A stretch of 40,599 bases of DNA. Source: Nemertoderma westbladi. Its lineage: Eukaryota; Animalia; Xenacoelomorpha. The translations under genes were made by a program, and so were the position numbers. The DNA is taken from assembly GCA_032718475.1 (NCBI GenBank), contig JAUCBJ010001366.1:1-40599 (forward strand), written 5' to 3'. How positions within the stretch are numbered: position 1 is the stretch's first letter; the number at the start of each line of letters is the position of its first letter. The notes beneath the pieces were generated by a model, which was given only the letters and a program-made list of their open reading frames with translations, was not told the DNA's origin and did no database searches. This document shows, piece by piece, positions 11,701-34,280 of this stretch.

Positions 11701-14700
11701 GCGGTCACACTGCCATCCACACCAGGTGGTTAATGATCTCCGTTGGTTCGTGCTTGGTGGTTACACTGCCGTCCACACCAGGTGGTTAATGATCTCCGTT
11801 GGTGCGTGCTTGGCGGTCACACTGCCATCCACACCAGGTGGTTAATGATCTCCGTTGGTTCGTGCTTGGCGGTCACACTGCCATCCACACCAGGTGGTTA
11901 ATGATCTCCGTTTGTTCGTGCTTGGCGGTCACACTGCCATCCACACCAGGTGTTTAATGATCTCCGTTGGTGCGTGCTTGGCGGTCACACTGCCATCCAC
12001 ACCAGGTGGTTAATGATCTCCGTTGGTTCGTGCTTGGCGGTCACACTGCCATCCACACCAGGTGGTTAATGATCTCCGTTGGTTCGTGCTTGGCGGTCAC
12101 ACTGCCGTCCACACCAGGTGCTTAATGATCTCCGTTAGTTCGTGCTTGGCGGTCACACTGCCGTCCACACCAGGTGGTTAATGATCTCCGTTGGTTCGTG
12201 CTTGGCGGTCACACTGCCATCCACACCAGGTGCTTAATGATCTCCGTTGGTGCGTGCTTGGCGGTCACACTGCCATCCACACCAGGTGGTTAATGATCTC
12301 CGTTGGTTCGTGCTTGGCGGTCACACTGCCGTCCACACCAGGTGCTTAATGATCTCCGTTAGTTCGTGCTTGGCGGTCACACTGCCGTCCACACCAGGTG
12401 GTTAATGATCTCCGTTGGTTCGTGCTTGGCGGTCACACTGCCATCCACACCAGGTGCTTAATGATCTCCGTTGGTGCGTGCTTGGCGGTCACACTGCCAT
12501 CCACACCAGGTGGTTAATGATCTCCGTTTGTTCGTGCTTGGCGGTCACACTGCCATCCACACCAGGTGTTTAATGATCTCCGTTGGTGCGTGCTTGGCGG
12601 TCACACTGCCATCCACACCAGGTGGTTAATGATCTCCGTTGGTTCGTGCTTGGCGGTCACATTGCCATCCACACCAGGTGTTTAATGATCTCCGTTGGTG
12701 CGTGCTTGGCGGTCACACTGCCATCCACACCAGGTGGTTAATGATCTCCGTTGGTTCGTGCTTGGCGGTCACACTGCCATCCACACCAGGTGGTTAATGA
12801 TCTCCGTTGGTTCGTGCTTGGCGGTCACACTGCCGTCCACACCAGGTGCTTAATGATCTCCGTTAGTTCGTGCTTGGCGGTCACACTGCCGTCCACACCA
12901 GGTGGTTAATGATCTCCGTTGGTTCGTGCTTGGCGGTCACACTGCCATCCACACCAGGTGCTTAATGATCTCCGTTGGTGCGTGCTTGGCGGTCACACTG
13001 CCATCCACACCAGGTGGTTAATGATCTCCGTTGGTTCGTGCTTGGTGGTCACACTGCCGTCCACACCAGGTGGTTAATGATCTCCGTTGGTTCGTGCTTG
13101 GCGGTCACACTGCCATCCACACCAGGTGGTTAATGATCTCCGTTGGTGCGTGCTTGGCGGTCACACTGCCATCCACACCAGGTGGTTAATGATCTCCGTT
13201 GGTGCGTGCTTGGCGGTCACACTGCCATCCACACCAGGTTGTTAATGATCTCCGTTGGTGCGTGCTTGGCGGTCACACTGCCGTCCACACCAGGTGGTTA
13301 ATGATCTCCGTTGGTTCGTGCTTGGCGTTCACACTGCCATCCACACCAGGTGGTTAATGATCTCCGTTGGTTCGTGCTTGGCGGTCACACTGCCATCCAC
13401 ACCAGGTGCTTAATGATCTCCGTTGGTGCGTGCTTGGCGGTCACACTGCCGTCCACACCAGGTGCTTAATGATCTCCGTTGGTGCGTGCTTGGCGGTCAC
13501 ACTGCCATCCACACCAGGTGCTTAATGATCTCCGTTGGTGCGTGCTTGGCGGTCACACTGCCATCCACACCAGGTGGTTAATGATCTCCGTTGGTTCGTG
13601 CTTGGCGGTCACACTGCCATCCACACCAGGTGCTTAATGATCTCCGTTGGTGCGTGCTTGGCGGTCACACTGCCATCCACACCAGGTGGTTAATGATCTC
13701 CGTTGGTGCGTGCTTGGCGGTCACACTGCCATCCACACCAGGTGGTTAATGATCTCCGTTGGTTCGTGCTTGGCGGTCACACTGCCATCCACACCAGGTG
13801 CTTAATGATCTCCGTTGGTGCGTGCTTGGCGGTCACACTGCCATCCACACCAGGTGGTTAATGATCTCCGTTGGTGCGTGCTTGGCGGTCACACTGCCAT
13901 CCACACCAGGTGGTTAATGATCTCCGTTGGTTCGTGCTTGGCGGTCACACTGCCATCCACACCAGGTGCTTAATGATCTCCGTTGGTGCGTGCTTGGCGG
14001 TCACACTGCCATCCACACCAGGTGGTTAATGATCTCCGTTGGTTCGTGCTTGGCGGTCACACTGCCATCCACACCAGGTGCTTAATGATCTCCGTTGGTG
14101 CGTGCTTGGCGGTCACACTGCCATCCACACCAGGTGGTTAATGATCTCCGTTGGTTCGTGCTTGGCGGTCACACTGCCATCCACACCAGGTGCTTAATGA
14201 TCTCCGTTGGTGCGTGCTTGGCGGTCACACTGCCATCCACACCAGGTGCTTAATGATCTCCTTTGGTGCGTGCTTGGCGGTCACACTGCCATCCACACCA
14301 GGTGCTTAATGATCTCCGTTGGTGCGTGCTTGGCGGTCACACTGCCATCCACACCAGGTGGTTAATGATCTCCGTTGGTTCGTGCTTGGCGGTCACACTG
14401 CCATCCACACCAGGTGGTTAATGATCTCCGTTGGTGCGTGCTTGGCGGTCACACTGCCATCCACACCAGGTGGTTAATGATCTCCGTTGGTGCGTGCTTG
14501 GCGGTCACACTGCCGTCCACACCAAGTGGTTAATGATCTCCGTTGGTTCGTGCTTGGCGGTCACACTGCCATCCACACCAGGTGCTTAATGATCTCCGTT
14601 GGGTCGTGCTTGGTGGTCACACTGCCGTCCACACCAGGTGGTTAATGATCTCCGTTGGTTCGTGCTTGGTGGTCACACTGCCGTCCACACCAGGTGGTTA

Positions 14701-17700
14701 ATGATCTCCGTTGGTTCGTGCTTGGCGGTCACACTGCCATCCACACCAGGTGCTTAATGATCTCCGTTGGTTCGTGCTTGGTGGTCACACTGCCGTCCAC
14801 ACCAGGTGGTTAATGATCTCCGTTGGTGCGTGCTTGGCGGTCACACTGTCGTCCACACCAAGTGGTTAATGATCTCCGTTGGTTCGTGCTTGGCGGTCAC
14901 ACTGCCGTCCACACCAGGTGCTTAATGATCTCCGTTGGTGCGTGCTTGGCGGTCACACTGCCATCCACACCAGGTGCTTAATGATCTCCGTTGGTGCGTG
15001 CTTGGCGGTCACACTGCCGTCCACACCAGGTGGTTAATGATCTCCGTTGGTTCGTGCTTGGCGGTCACACTGCCATCCACACCAGGTGTTTAATGATCTC
15101 CGTTGGTGCGTGCTTGGCGGTCACACTGCCATCCACACCAGGTGGTTAATGATCTCCGTTGGTTCGTGCTTGGCGGTCACACTGCCATCCACACCAGGTG
15201 CTTAATGATCTCCGTTGGTGCGTGCTTGGCGGTCACACTGCCATCCACACCAGGTGGTTAATGATCTCCGTTGGTTCGTGCTTGGCGGTCACACTGCCAT
15301 CCACACCAGGTGGTTAATGATCTCCGTTGGTTCGTGCTTGGTGGTTACACTGCCGTCCACACCAGGTGGTTAATGATCTCCGTTGGTGCGTGCTTGGCGG
15401 TCACACTGCCATCCACACCAGGTGGTTAATGATCTCCGTTGGTTCGTGCTTGGCGGTCACACTGCCATCCACACCAGGTGGTTAATGATCTCCGTTTGTT
15501 CGTGCTTGGCGGTCACACTGCCATCCACACCAGGTGTTTAATGATCTCCGTTGGTGCGTGCTTGGCGGTCACACTGCCATCCACACCAGGTGGTTAATGA
15601 TCTCCGTTGGTTCGTGCTTGGCGGTCACACTGCCATCCACACCAGGTGGTTAATGATCTCCGTTGGTTCGTGCTTGGCGGTCACACTGCCGTCCACACCA
15701 GGTGCTTAATGATCTCCGTTAGTTCGTGCTTGGCGGTCACACTGCCGTCCACACCAGGTGGTTAATGATCTCCGTTGGTTCGTGCTTGGCGGTCACACTG
15801 CCATCCACACCAGGTGCTTAATGATCTCCGTTGGTGCGTGCTTGGCGGTCACACTGCCATCCACACCAGGTGGTTAATGATCTCCGTTGGTTCGTGCTTG
15901 GTGGTTACACTGCCGTCCACACCAGGTGCTTAATGATCTCCGTTGGTGCGTGCTTGGTGGTCACACTGCCGTCCACACCAGGTGGTTAATGATCTCCGTT
16001 GGTTCGTGCTTGGCGGTCACACTGCCATCCACACCAGGTGGTTAATGATCTCCGTTGGTTCGTGCTTGGCGGTCACACTGCCATCCACACCAGGTGCTTA
16101 ATGATCTCCGTTGGTGCGTGCTTGGCGGTCACACTGCCGTCCACACCAGGTGCTTAATGATCTCCGTTGGTGCGTGCTTGGCGGTCACACTGCCATCCAC
16201 ACCAGGTGCTTAATGATCTCCGTTGGTGCGTGCTTGGCGGTCACACTGCCATCCACACCAGGTGGTTAATGATCTCCGTTGGTTCGTGCTTGGCGGTCAC
16301 ACTGCCATCCACACCAGGTGGTTAATGATCTCCGTTGGTGCGTGCTTGGCGGTCACACTGCCATCCACACCAGGTGGTTAATGATCTCCGTTGGTGCGTG
16401 CTTGGCGGTCACACTGCCATCCACACCAGGTGGTTAATGATCTCCGTTGGTTCGTGCTTGGCGGTCACACTGCCATCCACACCAGGTGCTTAATGATCTC
16501 CGTTGGTGCGTGCTTGGCGGTCACACTGCCATCCACACCAGGTGGTTAATGATCTCCGTTGGTGCGTGCTTGGCGGTCACACTGCCATCCACACCAGGTG
16601 GTTAATGATCTCCGTTGGTTCGTGCTTGGCGGTCACACTGCCATCCACACCAGGTGCTTAATGATCTCCGTTGGTGCGTGCTTGGCGGTCACACTGCCAT
16701 CCACACCAGGTGGTTAATGATCTCCGTTGGTTCGTGCTTGGCGGTCACACTGCCATCCACACCAGGTGCTTAATGATCTCCGTTGGTGCGTGCTTGGCGG
16801 TCACACTGCCATCCACACCAGGTGGTTAATGATCTCCGTTGGTTCGTGCTTGGCGGTCACACTGCCATCCACACCAGGTGCTTAATGATCTCCGTTGGTG
16901 CGTGCTTGGCGGTCACACTGCCATCCACACCAGGTGCTTAATGATCTCCTTTGGTGCGTGCTTGGCGGTCACACTGCCATCCACACCAGGTGCTTAATGA
17001 TCTCCGTTGGTGCGTGCTTGGCGGTCACACTGCCATCCACACCAGGTGGTTAATGATCTCCGTTGGTGCGTGCTTGGTGGTCACACTGCCATCCACACCA
17101 GGTGGTTAATGATCTCCGTTGGTTCGTGCTTGGCGGTCACACTGCCATCCACACCAGGTGGTTAATGATCTCCGTTGGTTCGTGCTTGGCGGTCACACTG
17201 CCATCCACACCAGGTGTTTAATGATCTCCGTTGGTTCGTGCTTGGCGGTCACACTGCCATCCACACCAGGTGCTTAATGATCTCCGTTGGTACGTGCTTG
17301 GCGGTCACACTGCCATCCACACCAGGTGGTTAATGATCTCCGTTGGTTCGTGCTTGGTGGTTACACTGCCGTCCACACCAGGTGGTTAATGATCTCCGTT
17401 GGTGCGTGCTTGGCGGTCACACTGCCATCCACACCAGGTGGTTAATGATCTCCGTTGGTTCGTGCTTGGCGGTGACACTGCCATCCACACCAGGTGGTTA
17501 ATGATCTCCGTTTGTTCGTGCTTGGCGGTCACACTGCCATCCACACCAGGTGTTTAATGATCTCCGTTGGTGCGTGCTTGGCGGTCACACTGCCATCCAC
17601 ACCAGGTGGTTAATGATCTCCGTTGGTTCGTGCTTGGCGGTCACACTGCCATCCACACCAGGTGGTTAATGATCTCCGTTGGTTCGTGCTTGGCGGTCAC

Positions 17701-19330
17701 ACTGCCGTCCACACCAGGTGGTTAATGATCTCCGTTGGTTCGTGCTTGGCGGTCACACTGCCATCCACACCAGGTGCTTAATGATCTCCGTTGGTGCGTG
17801 CTTGGCGGTCACACTGCCATCCACACCAGGTGGTTAATGATCTCCGTTGGTTCGTGCTTGGCGGTCACACTGCCGTCCACACCAGGTGGTTAATGATCTC
17901 CGTTGGTTCGTGCTTGGCGGTCACACTGCCATCCACACCAGGTGCTTAATGATCTCCGTTGGTTCGTGTTTGGCGGTCACACTGCCATCCACACCAGGTG
18001 GTTAATGATCTCCCTTGGTGCGTGCTTGGCGGTCACACTGCCATCCACACCAGGTGGTTAATGATCTCCGTTGGTGCGTGCTTGGTGGTCACACTGCCAT
18101 CCACACCAGGTGGTTAATGATCTCCGTTGGTTCGTGCTTGGCGGTCACACTGCCATCCACACCAGGTGGTTAATGATCTCCGTTGGTTCGTGCTTGGCGG
18201 TCACACTGCCATCCACACCAGGTGGTTAATGATCTCCGTTGGTTCGTGCTTGGCGGTCACACTGCCATCCACACCAGGTGCTTAATGATCTCCGTTGGTG
18301 CGTGCTTGGCGGTCACACTGCCATCCACACCAGGTGCTTAATGATCTCCGTTGGTTCGTGCTTGGCGGTCACACTGCCATCCACACCAGGTGGTTAATGA
18401 TCTCCGTTGGTTCGTGCTTGGCGGTCACACTGCCATCCACACCAGGTGCTTAATGATCTCCGTTGGTGCGTGCTTGGCGGTCACACTGCCATCCACACCA
18501 GGTGGTTAATGATCTCCGTTGGTTCGTGCTTGGCGGTCACACTGCCATCCACACCAGGTGGTTAATGATCTCCGTTGGTTCGTGCTTGGCGGTCACACTG
18601 CCATCCACACCAGGTGGTTAATGATCTCCGTTGGTGCGTGCTTGGCGGTCACACTGCCATCCACACCAGGTGGTTAATGATCTCCGTTGGTGCGTGCTTG
18701 GCGGTCACACTGCCATCCACACCAGGTGGTTAATGATCTCCGTTGGTGCGTGCTTGGCGGTCACACTGCCATCCACACCAGGTGGTTAATGATCTCCGTT
18801 GGTGCGTGCTTGGCGGTCACACTGCCATCCACACCAGGTGGTTAATGATCTCCGTTGGTGCGTGCTTGGCGGTCACACTGCCATCCACACCAGGTGGTTA
18901 ATGATCTCCGTTGGTGCGTGCTTGGCGGTCACACTGCCATCCACACCAGGTGGTTAATGATCTCCGTTGGTGCGTGCTTGGCGGTCACACTGCCATCCAC
19001 ACCAGGTGGTTAATGATCTCCGTTGGTGCGTGCTTGGTGGTTACACTGCCGTCCACACCAGGTGCTTAATGATCTCCGTTGGTGCGTGCTTGGTGGTCAC
19101 ACTGCCATCCACACCAGGTGGTTAAATCTCCGTTGGTGCGTGCTTGGCGGTCACACTGCCATCCACACCAGGTGGTTAAATCTCCGTTGGTGCGTGCTTG
19201 GCGGTCACACTGCCATCCACACCAGGTGGTTAATGATCTCCGTTGGTTCGTGCTTGGCGGTCACACTGCCATCCACACCAGGTGGTTAACGATCTCCGTT
19301 GGTGCGTGCTGGGCGGTCACACTGCCATCC
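5747..19330 (+). repeat. 56-bp minisatellite, ~243 copies (13.6 kb); the unit is the last codons, stop and 3 nt of the MFS gene
   Basis: Unit tctccgttggt(g/t)cgtgcttgg(c/t)ggtcacactgcc(a/g)tccacaccaggtg(g/c)ttaatga; the first copy lies in the CDS (SVGACLAITLPSTPGG*); the last copy is partial and ends at 19330. Confidence 0.98.
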
Positions 19331-20532
19331 TGCAGTTAAATTCGAAGGAAATCTTTACTTAACTAATTTGGAACTACTGTAGTTACTATTTAAATATACT
19401 GTAATACTGTATTTAATGATTGTCTCATTTATGAAGTACAATAATAATTTATTCATGAAAGTAAACAGAATATAAAATAATATTATTATTCCGACTTTCG
19501 GGGAGCTGAGAAGAAATCAATACCCGTAATTAAGTATAAGATGACGCTATTTAGGGCGACTACGGCAGTATCATACCTAAGTTGTACACTATTTAACCGT
19601 AAGTTGTCTCACTTTAAAGGGTCAACATGGATATATTCGATTAAAAAACTTACTTCCGGTTTTGAAAAGAAAGTTTAATGTTCACATTATATTTTTGCAT
19701 AGTGTTTTATTTATGGTAATGTTTTCGGATAGATAATAATAATGGTGCAATATACCAGTACAGATTAATAATAATTCCAATTATTAGGTTTAATTGTACA
19801 ATTCTATGGTCAAAAGATCCATAGCTAACGTTCGTACAATAATACAATCTATACTGCAGATGAAAACCGCACGAAAACAGCACCAATTGTTGCTATGAGT
19901 TCACAGAATAACCATATCATTACCATGGTAACAAGACCTATGGCACTTCGGATTAAAGTTACACCGTACGTTTAAAAGTTAAACAACATTAAAACAACCA
20001 AAGTTAAAAAATACAACTAGCCTTATAATTTAAATAATTTAAACCAACATTGCAATTAATTAAATTATTACGATGTTCAATAAAATGTTTTTAAACTATA
20101 ATTAATATAATGCTATTATTTTCATAGTCTTGTAAGACGTTGAATTTAAAATAGACCCAAACTTTTATTAAATAATTATAATAATACTTCAAACTAACTG
20201 GCAAGATTGGTTTCATACAAACAATACAATGCCTTTTATTCGAATACAGAATTTGGCATTCCATAAATATTGTCCTGTATGTAATAGCTAGCTAGAGTAT
20301 AAAAAGCAAAACAAAATAGTCGCGTAATCTCAAATACGATGGGACATAAGAAGTTGTAATTAAATATTGTTTGAATATTTCTCCAACTTATTAAAAATTT
20401 GTATTATCATATCGATGAATCGCATTATTTTCCTTTTTACTAAATAAAAATAAATAATTATTTTATCAAATAAGGAAATTAATGGCACTTTACTGATATT
20501 TGCATTTGTAAATCGTTTCAGTTTTGTATAAT

Positions 20533-20950
20533 GGCCGCCAATTTTGTATTTTTTTTGTTTTCCCAAGTTTTGAAAAGTTGTTCAAATCTAATTGGCTGGA
20601 ATGGTTTCTATACCAACAAACATCCATTCAAGTTTATTTCCATAATCAGATTGGGACGGCTGTCTCCTTGACAACCTCTAATCGAATATGTATATAATTA
20701 ATGTGGGAAATTGAAAAAATATTCGACGAAGTAGCCGTAGTTTTAAATTGAATACTTTCATTGGAGTTGTCCCATTATAACAATATTCCTTAAAGTGTCA
20801 CAAACTTATCTTCCTTTTAATTTTATAAATGTCTTTGATTGGGTGTTTGTTGGTATAGAATCCACTCCAGCCAATTAGATTTGTTTCCCCGAGTCGTTTG
20901 AACGAGTTTGCAAAATTCGGGGATACAAAAAAAAGATTACAAATATGGCC
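20533..20950. mobile_element. Degenerate foldback/MITE-like element with long inverted repeats
   Basis: aaatctaattggctggaatggtttctataccaacaaacatcca (from 20585) pairs with tgggtgtttgttggtatagaatccactccagccaattagattt (to 20882); weaker complementarity extends outward to about 20533 and 20950. Confidence 0.55.
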
Positions 20951-21969
20951 GTTCAAGGGCCACCATAGTTTAAGTTGTTCGAACCAGTTAGAATATTTAT
21001 TTATTTTAAATGTAATCAATCATACGCGATCCAAACTGCAATCCCTAAAAAACTGCAGAGATTTGTGTAAACGGTTGCCATGTGAACCGTTCCTTAAACA
21101 CAATAATAAAAAGTGCAGCAATGTTGTGCAAAACAGATAACGATTAAAATAATATAAAGTCACGAACAAACAAATTTCTATCTTTCCAAAGTCATTGGAT
21201 CAATTGAATGTTGTTGGTTATCAGTCAGTCAACGGAATAAATAAAATATTAACAAAACAAAAGTTAGTTCATTCAAAAATGTATATTTTGCTTGATGTGG
21301 GTTTTTCAGCAAATTACATTGTTTCGTATTCTACCTTCATATCTTTCAGAAACCATAAATGTAGCTTAAACGAAAAAAAAACTTTTTTTAATTAGACCAA
21401 TAAGAAAGAAATTTGTTTATTTTTAGCTTATCCTGCAGGTAATATATTACAGAGTAATAAATTGTTTTCACAGGAGTAAACTTGTGGCACACACTTGGCT
21501 AAATTCTTATACAAAATTAAAACTACACAAACATTTCTCTTCAATCTCTTGCAAAACGAAAGTATGTTTTTATCCTACTTATAATCCGCATTTTCTCGAA
21601 ATAGGAAACAATTTTTTCCTCGGCCTTAGGCATAAAAAAATATATGTTTTTAATATTCCTCGAAAATGCGGGTTAAAGAGTCAGACAAAAAAATATTTCC
21701 TTGTTTTAGTAAAAGAAATAGTTAATACCTAATATCAAAGCAATGTTTGAGCAGATTATACCAAAAGTTGTTCTGCACACCGCGCAGACAGGAAGTAACT
21801 ATGGCATAAGCAGAAAAATAATAAATAATAATAATAATATTAACGTAATAATTAACATATTATGTAAATAGTTGTTGCAGATAATTATTATAGAAGATTA
21901 AATCCAATATATATGACGTCATTTCCGCATGACCCTTGCGTTCCTGGGCTGCTGTCAACGTCAAGGAAA

Positions 21970-31978
<10,009 letters not shown>

Positions 31979-31979
31979 A

Positions 31980-32127
31980 CTGAAAGTAAAACCAACGATT
32001 AGTGAAATATGTCGGAAATAAGTAACAGACATACACATACAGTTTACATCAACATCCAATCGGTTGTGTCTGTATAAATATAAACCTATTTGATATACTC
32101 AGATATAAGGTTTAAGTTATTTCTTAC
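31980..32127 (-). other. Candidate 5' UTR intron of cathepsin L
   Basis: Strong acceptor ttttactttcag one base before the ATG; donor-like GAC|gtaaga at 32127; TATAAA on the minus strand at 32264-32259. Confidence 0.45.
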
Positions 32128-32318
32128 GTCGCAAATTTTGTAATGAGATTAAAACACGATGTGGGGACTTCACGCAGACTAAGTTAGCGAACATTAGCAG
32201 TACGAAGCGAAAACCTAATCATTTTGAGTGTAAAATATGTGGTGGAATGTGATCGTGCTTTATAACACCGACAGGGGGCGACGTATCAGAGAAGCTGCGT
32301 CGTCTGCAACACGGGATT

Positions 32319-34280
32319 TCACCACAGAACTTTCTTGCCGAGAGTTTTTTTAAGCACATACGCAGAGAAACGTTTAAGGAAGCGCGGGTACTCGCGTTTA
32401 TATACGGCGCGAAGTACAGAAGCAGGGGCCCAGCCACCGGGATGAACATTTGCTGTATAAATAATCCGACATCTCAAATGATCTCTTGATACTTTGTCTT
32501 TATTCTTATGTGGCACATCCAACAATGTCTGACATATTAACGCGACTTGCATTGTGGCGCGTACGTACTTGGTGTTAGCCGCTTGGCTGTGGTCTATAGA
32601 GTAATTGAATACCCCCCAGGTATCGAGATGTCCCCCACTGCCTCCGTCCGATATCTTACGAATGTGGGACACGAAACAGGTGTCCCGTTGGACCGTCGGC
32701 CAGACGCGTTTCATAACCTGGTGGAGAATCGTGGTGTCAGCGGAAAGTTCGTCTATTACGTTAATAGATTCCAAAGTCGAAGTTTCCCATTCCATTCTTA
32801 CATCTGGGTCGTAGAATAAATTTGTTATCTCGTGGGCTGTGAATCCTTTCACTGTGTGGGCGGCTTTCAGTGGATCGCATACCAAACCGCCCTCTTCTTC
32901 CTCACGTCTGTAAACCTTCAGGTCCCCTTCCTGGTATATGCAATCCCATTGACCTTCTGGCCCAACCTCTTCCATCGCGTAGGTAAACAATGTTTTCACA
33001 TGATTCTCAACTTCTGTTGATCTACTGTGTATTGTTCCTGGGGGACTCAGCGATATCTGTGCGTCTTTGTTACCTCGTACGGGTTTCTCCACCATTTCCT
33101 GTTCGTAATCGCGTTTATCCAGCGCCATCTCCACAGCATCGAAGAACTCTTCCTCAGCGAGGGCGCAGGCAGGCCCTTCCTCGTAGTCGGGGCCATGGAG
33201 AGGGCGGGGGTGGTTGGCCAATAGGTCGATGGCTTGTCGGTAACATTCCTCTGTCCGTTGGCGACGGTCTTTCTCTCGCTCAATTTTCTTCACCCACGTC
33301 TCCTCTCTTTTAGACATAAGCTCCATACAGTATTGTAAGGTTGCTAAGATGCCAGTTGTAGTTGCCCGAAATGTAATCGCTTCTCCTCGGAAATCAACAG
33401 CCTGCTGGGGGGATATCTCTGGAGGTAGAAGCGGTTTGGTCAGACTCGCTTTGCGTTGGTGACCTCTGCCGCACGGTGATTGGCTGAACGGCGGACGGTA
33501 GGGTGTGGGGGCGTGGCCGGGCAATAACCCCGGGTGGTTACTAGGCAATGGTGACACTGAGGTGGGGGACACTGGTGGTTGCGATGCCAACACTGAGTCG
33601 GTGCCTCTCAAAGTCAAGTCGTCGATCTCAATATCAGTTACATTGTAACTATCCTCTGATTGGCCAAAAGAATCAGCACACCTATCGAAGTAACTCTGTA
33701 ATGTCTCTATCTGCCGCACCAGAATGTCCCTAAAGGTCTCCATCTCTGCGAGCTTCTCCCTCAGACTTCGGCCTTTCGCGTTGAAACTACCGCTAGAGGC
33801 GTAACTTGCCATGGAGTGTAGGGACATGAGAGACCCCTCCCTACGCAGGCTGCCATGGGAACCGTAGCCGGACTCAGACTTCTGTGATTCTAAGTCGTCG
33901 ATCCATTGTTGGCGTTCAGTTCGACTGGAAGATCGTAGGTAATAGATGGAGTCGTTTACGGCACTCACATCGAACCTTAGTTCGTCAAATTCGTGAGCCT
34001 TTATAGTGGCTCGATTTAAACTGATTGTTCCTCTCGTACCGAAATCAATGTCTTCCTCTGATTTATAATAACTCAAAGTTCCGTTCTTCAGTACAAAAAA
34101 CCGTTCCTGCCATCCATTAATATAATTAGTCCATTTACACAGAACGCCTTGTCGTTCAGGGATATGAACATCTGTTGAATCAGAAAGCTCCTCTTCTTCC
34201 GACATGCTGGAACTGCAAGCTTCGGCGTTGAGTTGGGAACCTGCATGTATTGCTGTACCGGTACCGGTGGGTGTTGTCAT
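32319..34280 (-). CDS. CERT1: Ceramide transfer protein (CERT/COL4A3BP/STARD11) ortholog, 653 aa, intronless CDS
   Basis: PH domain (GVLCKWTNYINGWQERFFVL), serine-repeat motif (SLRREGSLMSLHSMASYASSGS), FRGEAITFRATT segment, FFAT motif EEEFFDAVE, START domain ending NVHPGGWAPASVLRAVYKREYPRFLKRF. The start could be the second Met (MSEEEE). Confidence 0.95.
   Translation of the reverse strand: MTTPTGTGTAIHAGSQLNAEACSSSMSEEEELSDSTDVHIPERQGVLCKWTNYINGWQERFFVLKNGTLSYYKSEEDIDFGTRGTISLNRATIKAHEFDELRFDVSAVNDSIYYLRSSSRTERQQWIDDLESQKSESGYGSHGSLRREGSLMSLHSMASYASSGSFNAKGRSLREKLAEMETFRDILVRQIETLQSYFDRCADSFGQSEDSYNVTDIEIDDLTLRGTDSVLASQPPVSPTSVSPLPSNHPGLLPGHAPTPYRPPFSQSPCGRGHQRKASLTKPLLPPEISPQQAVDFRGEAITFRATTTGILATLQYCMELMSKREETWVKKIEREKDRRQRTEECYRQAIDLLANHPRPLHGPDYEEGPACALAEEEFFDAVEMALDKRDYEQEMVEKPVRGNKDAQISLSPPGTIHSRSTEVENHVKTLFTYAMEEVGPEGQWDCIYQEGDLKVYRREEEEGGLVCDPLKAAHTVKGFTAHEITNLFYDPDVRMEWETSTLESINVIDELSADTTILHQVMKRVWPTVQRDTCFVSHIRKISDGGSGGHLDTWGVFNYSIDHSQAANTKYVRATMQVALICQTLLDVPHKNKDKVSRDHLRCRIIYTANVHPGGWAPASVLRAVYKREYPRFLKRFSAYVLKKTLGKKVLW

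Noticed and set aside
32219-33733. Small ORFs overlapping CERT (and 4575-5786 overlapping the MFS gene)
   Set aside because: Antisense or alternate-frame shadows of the real CDS with no independent signal.
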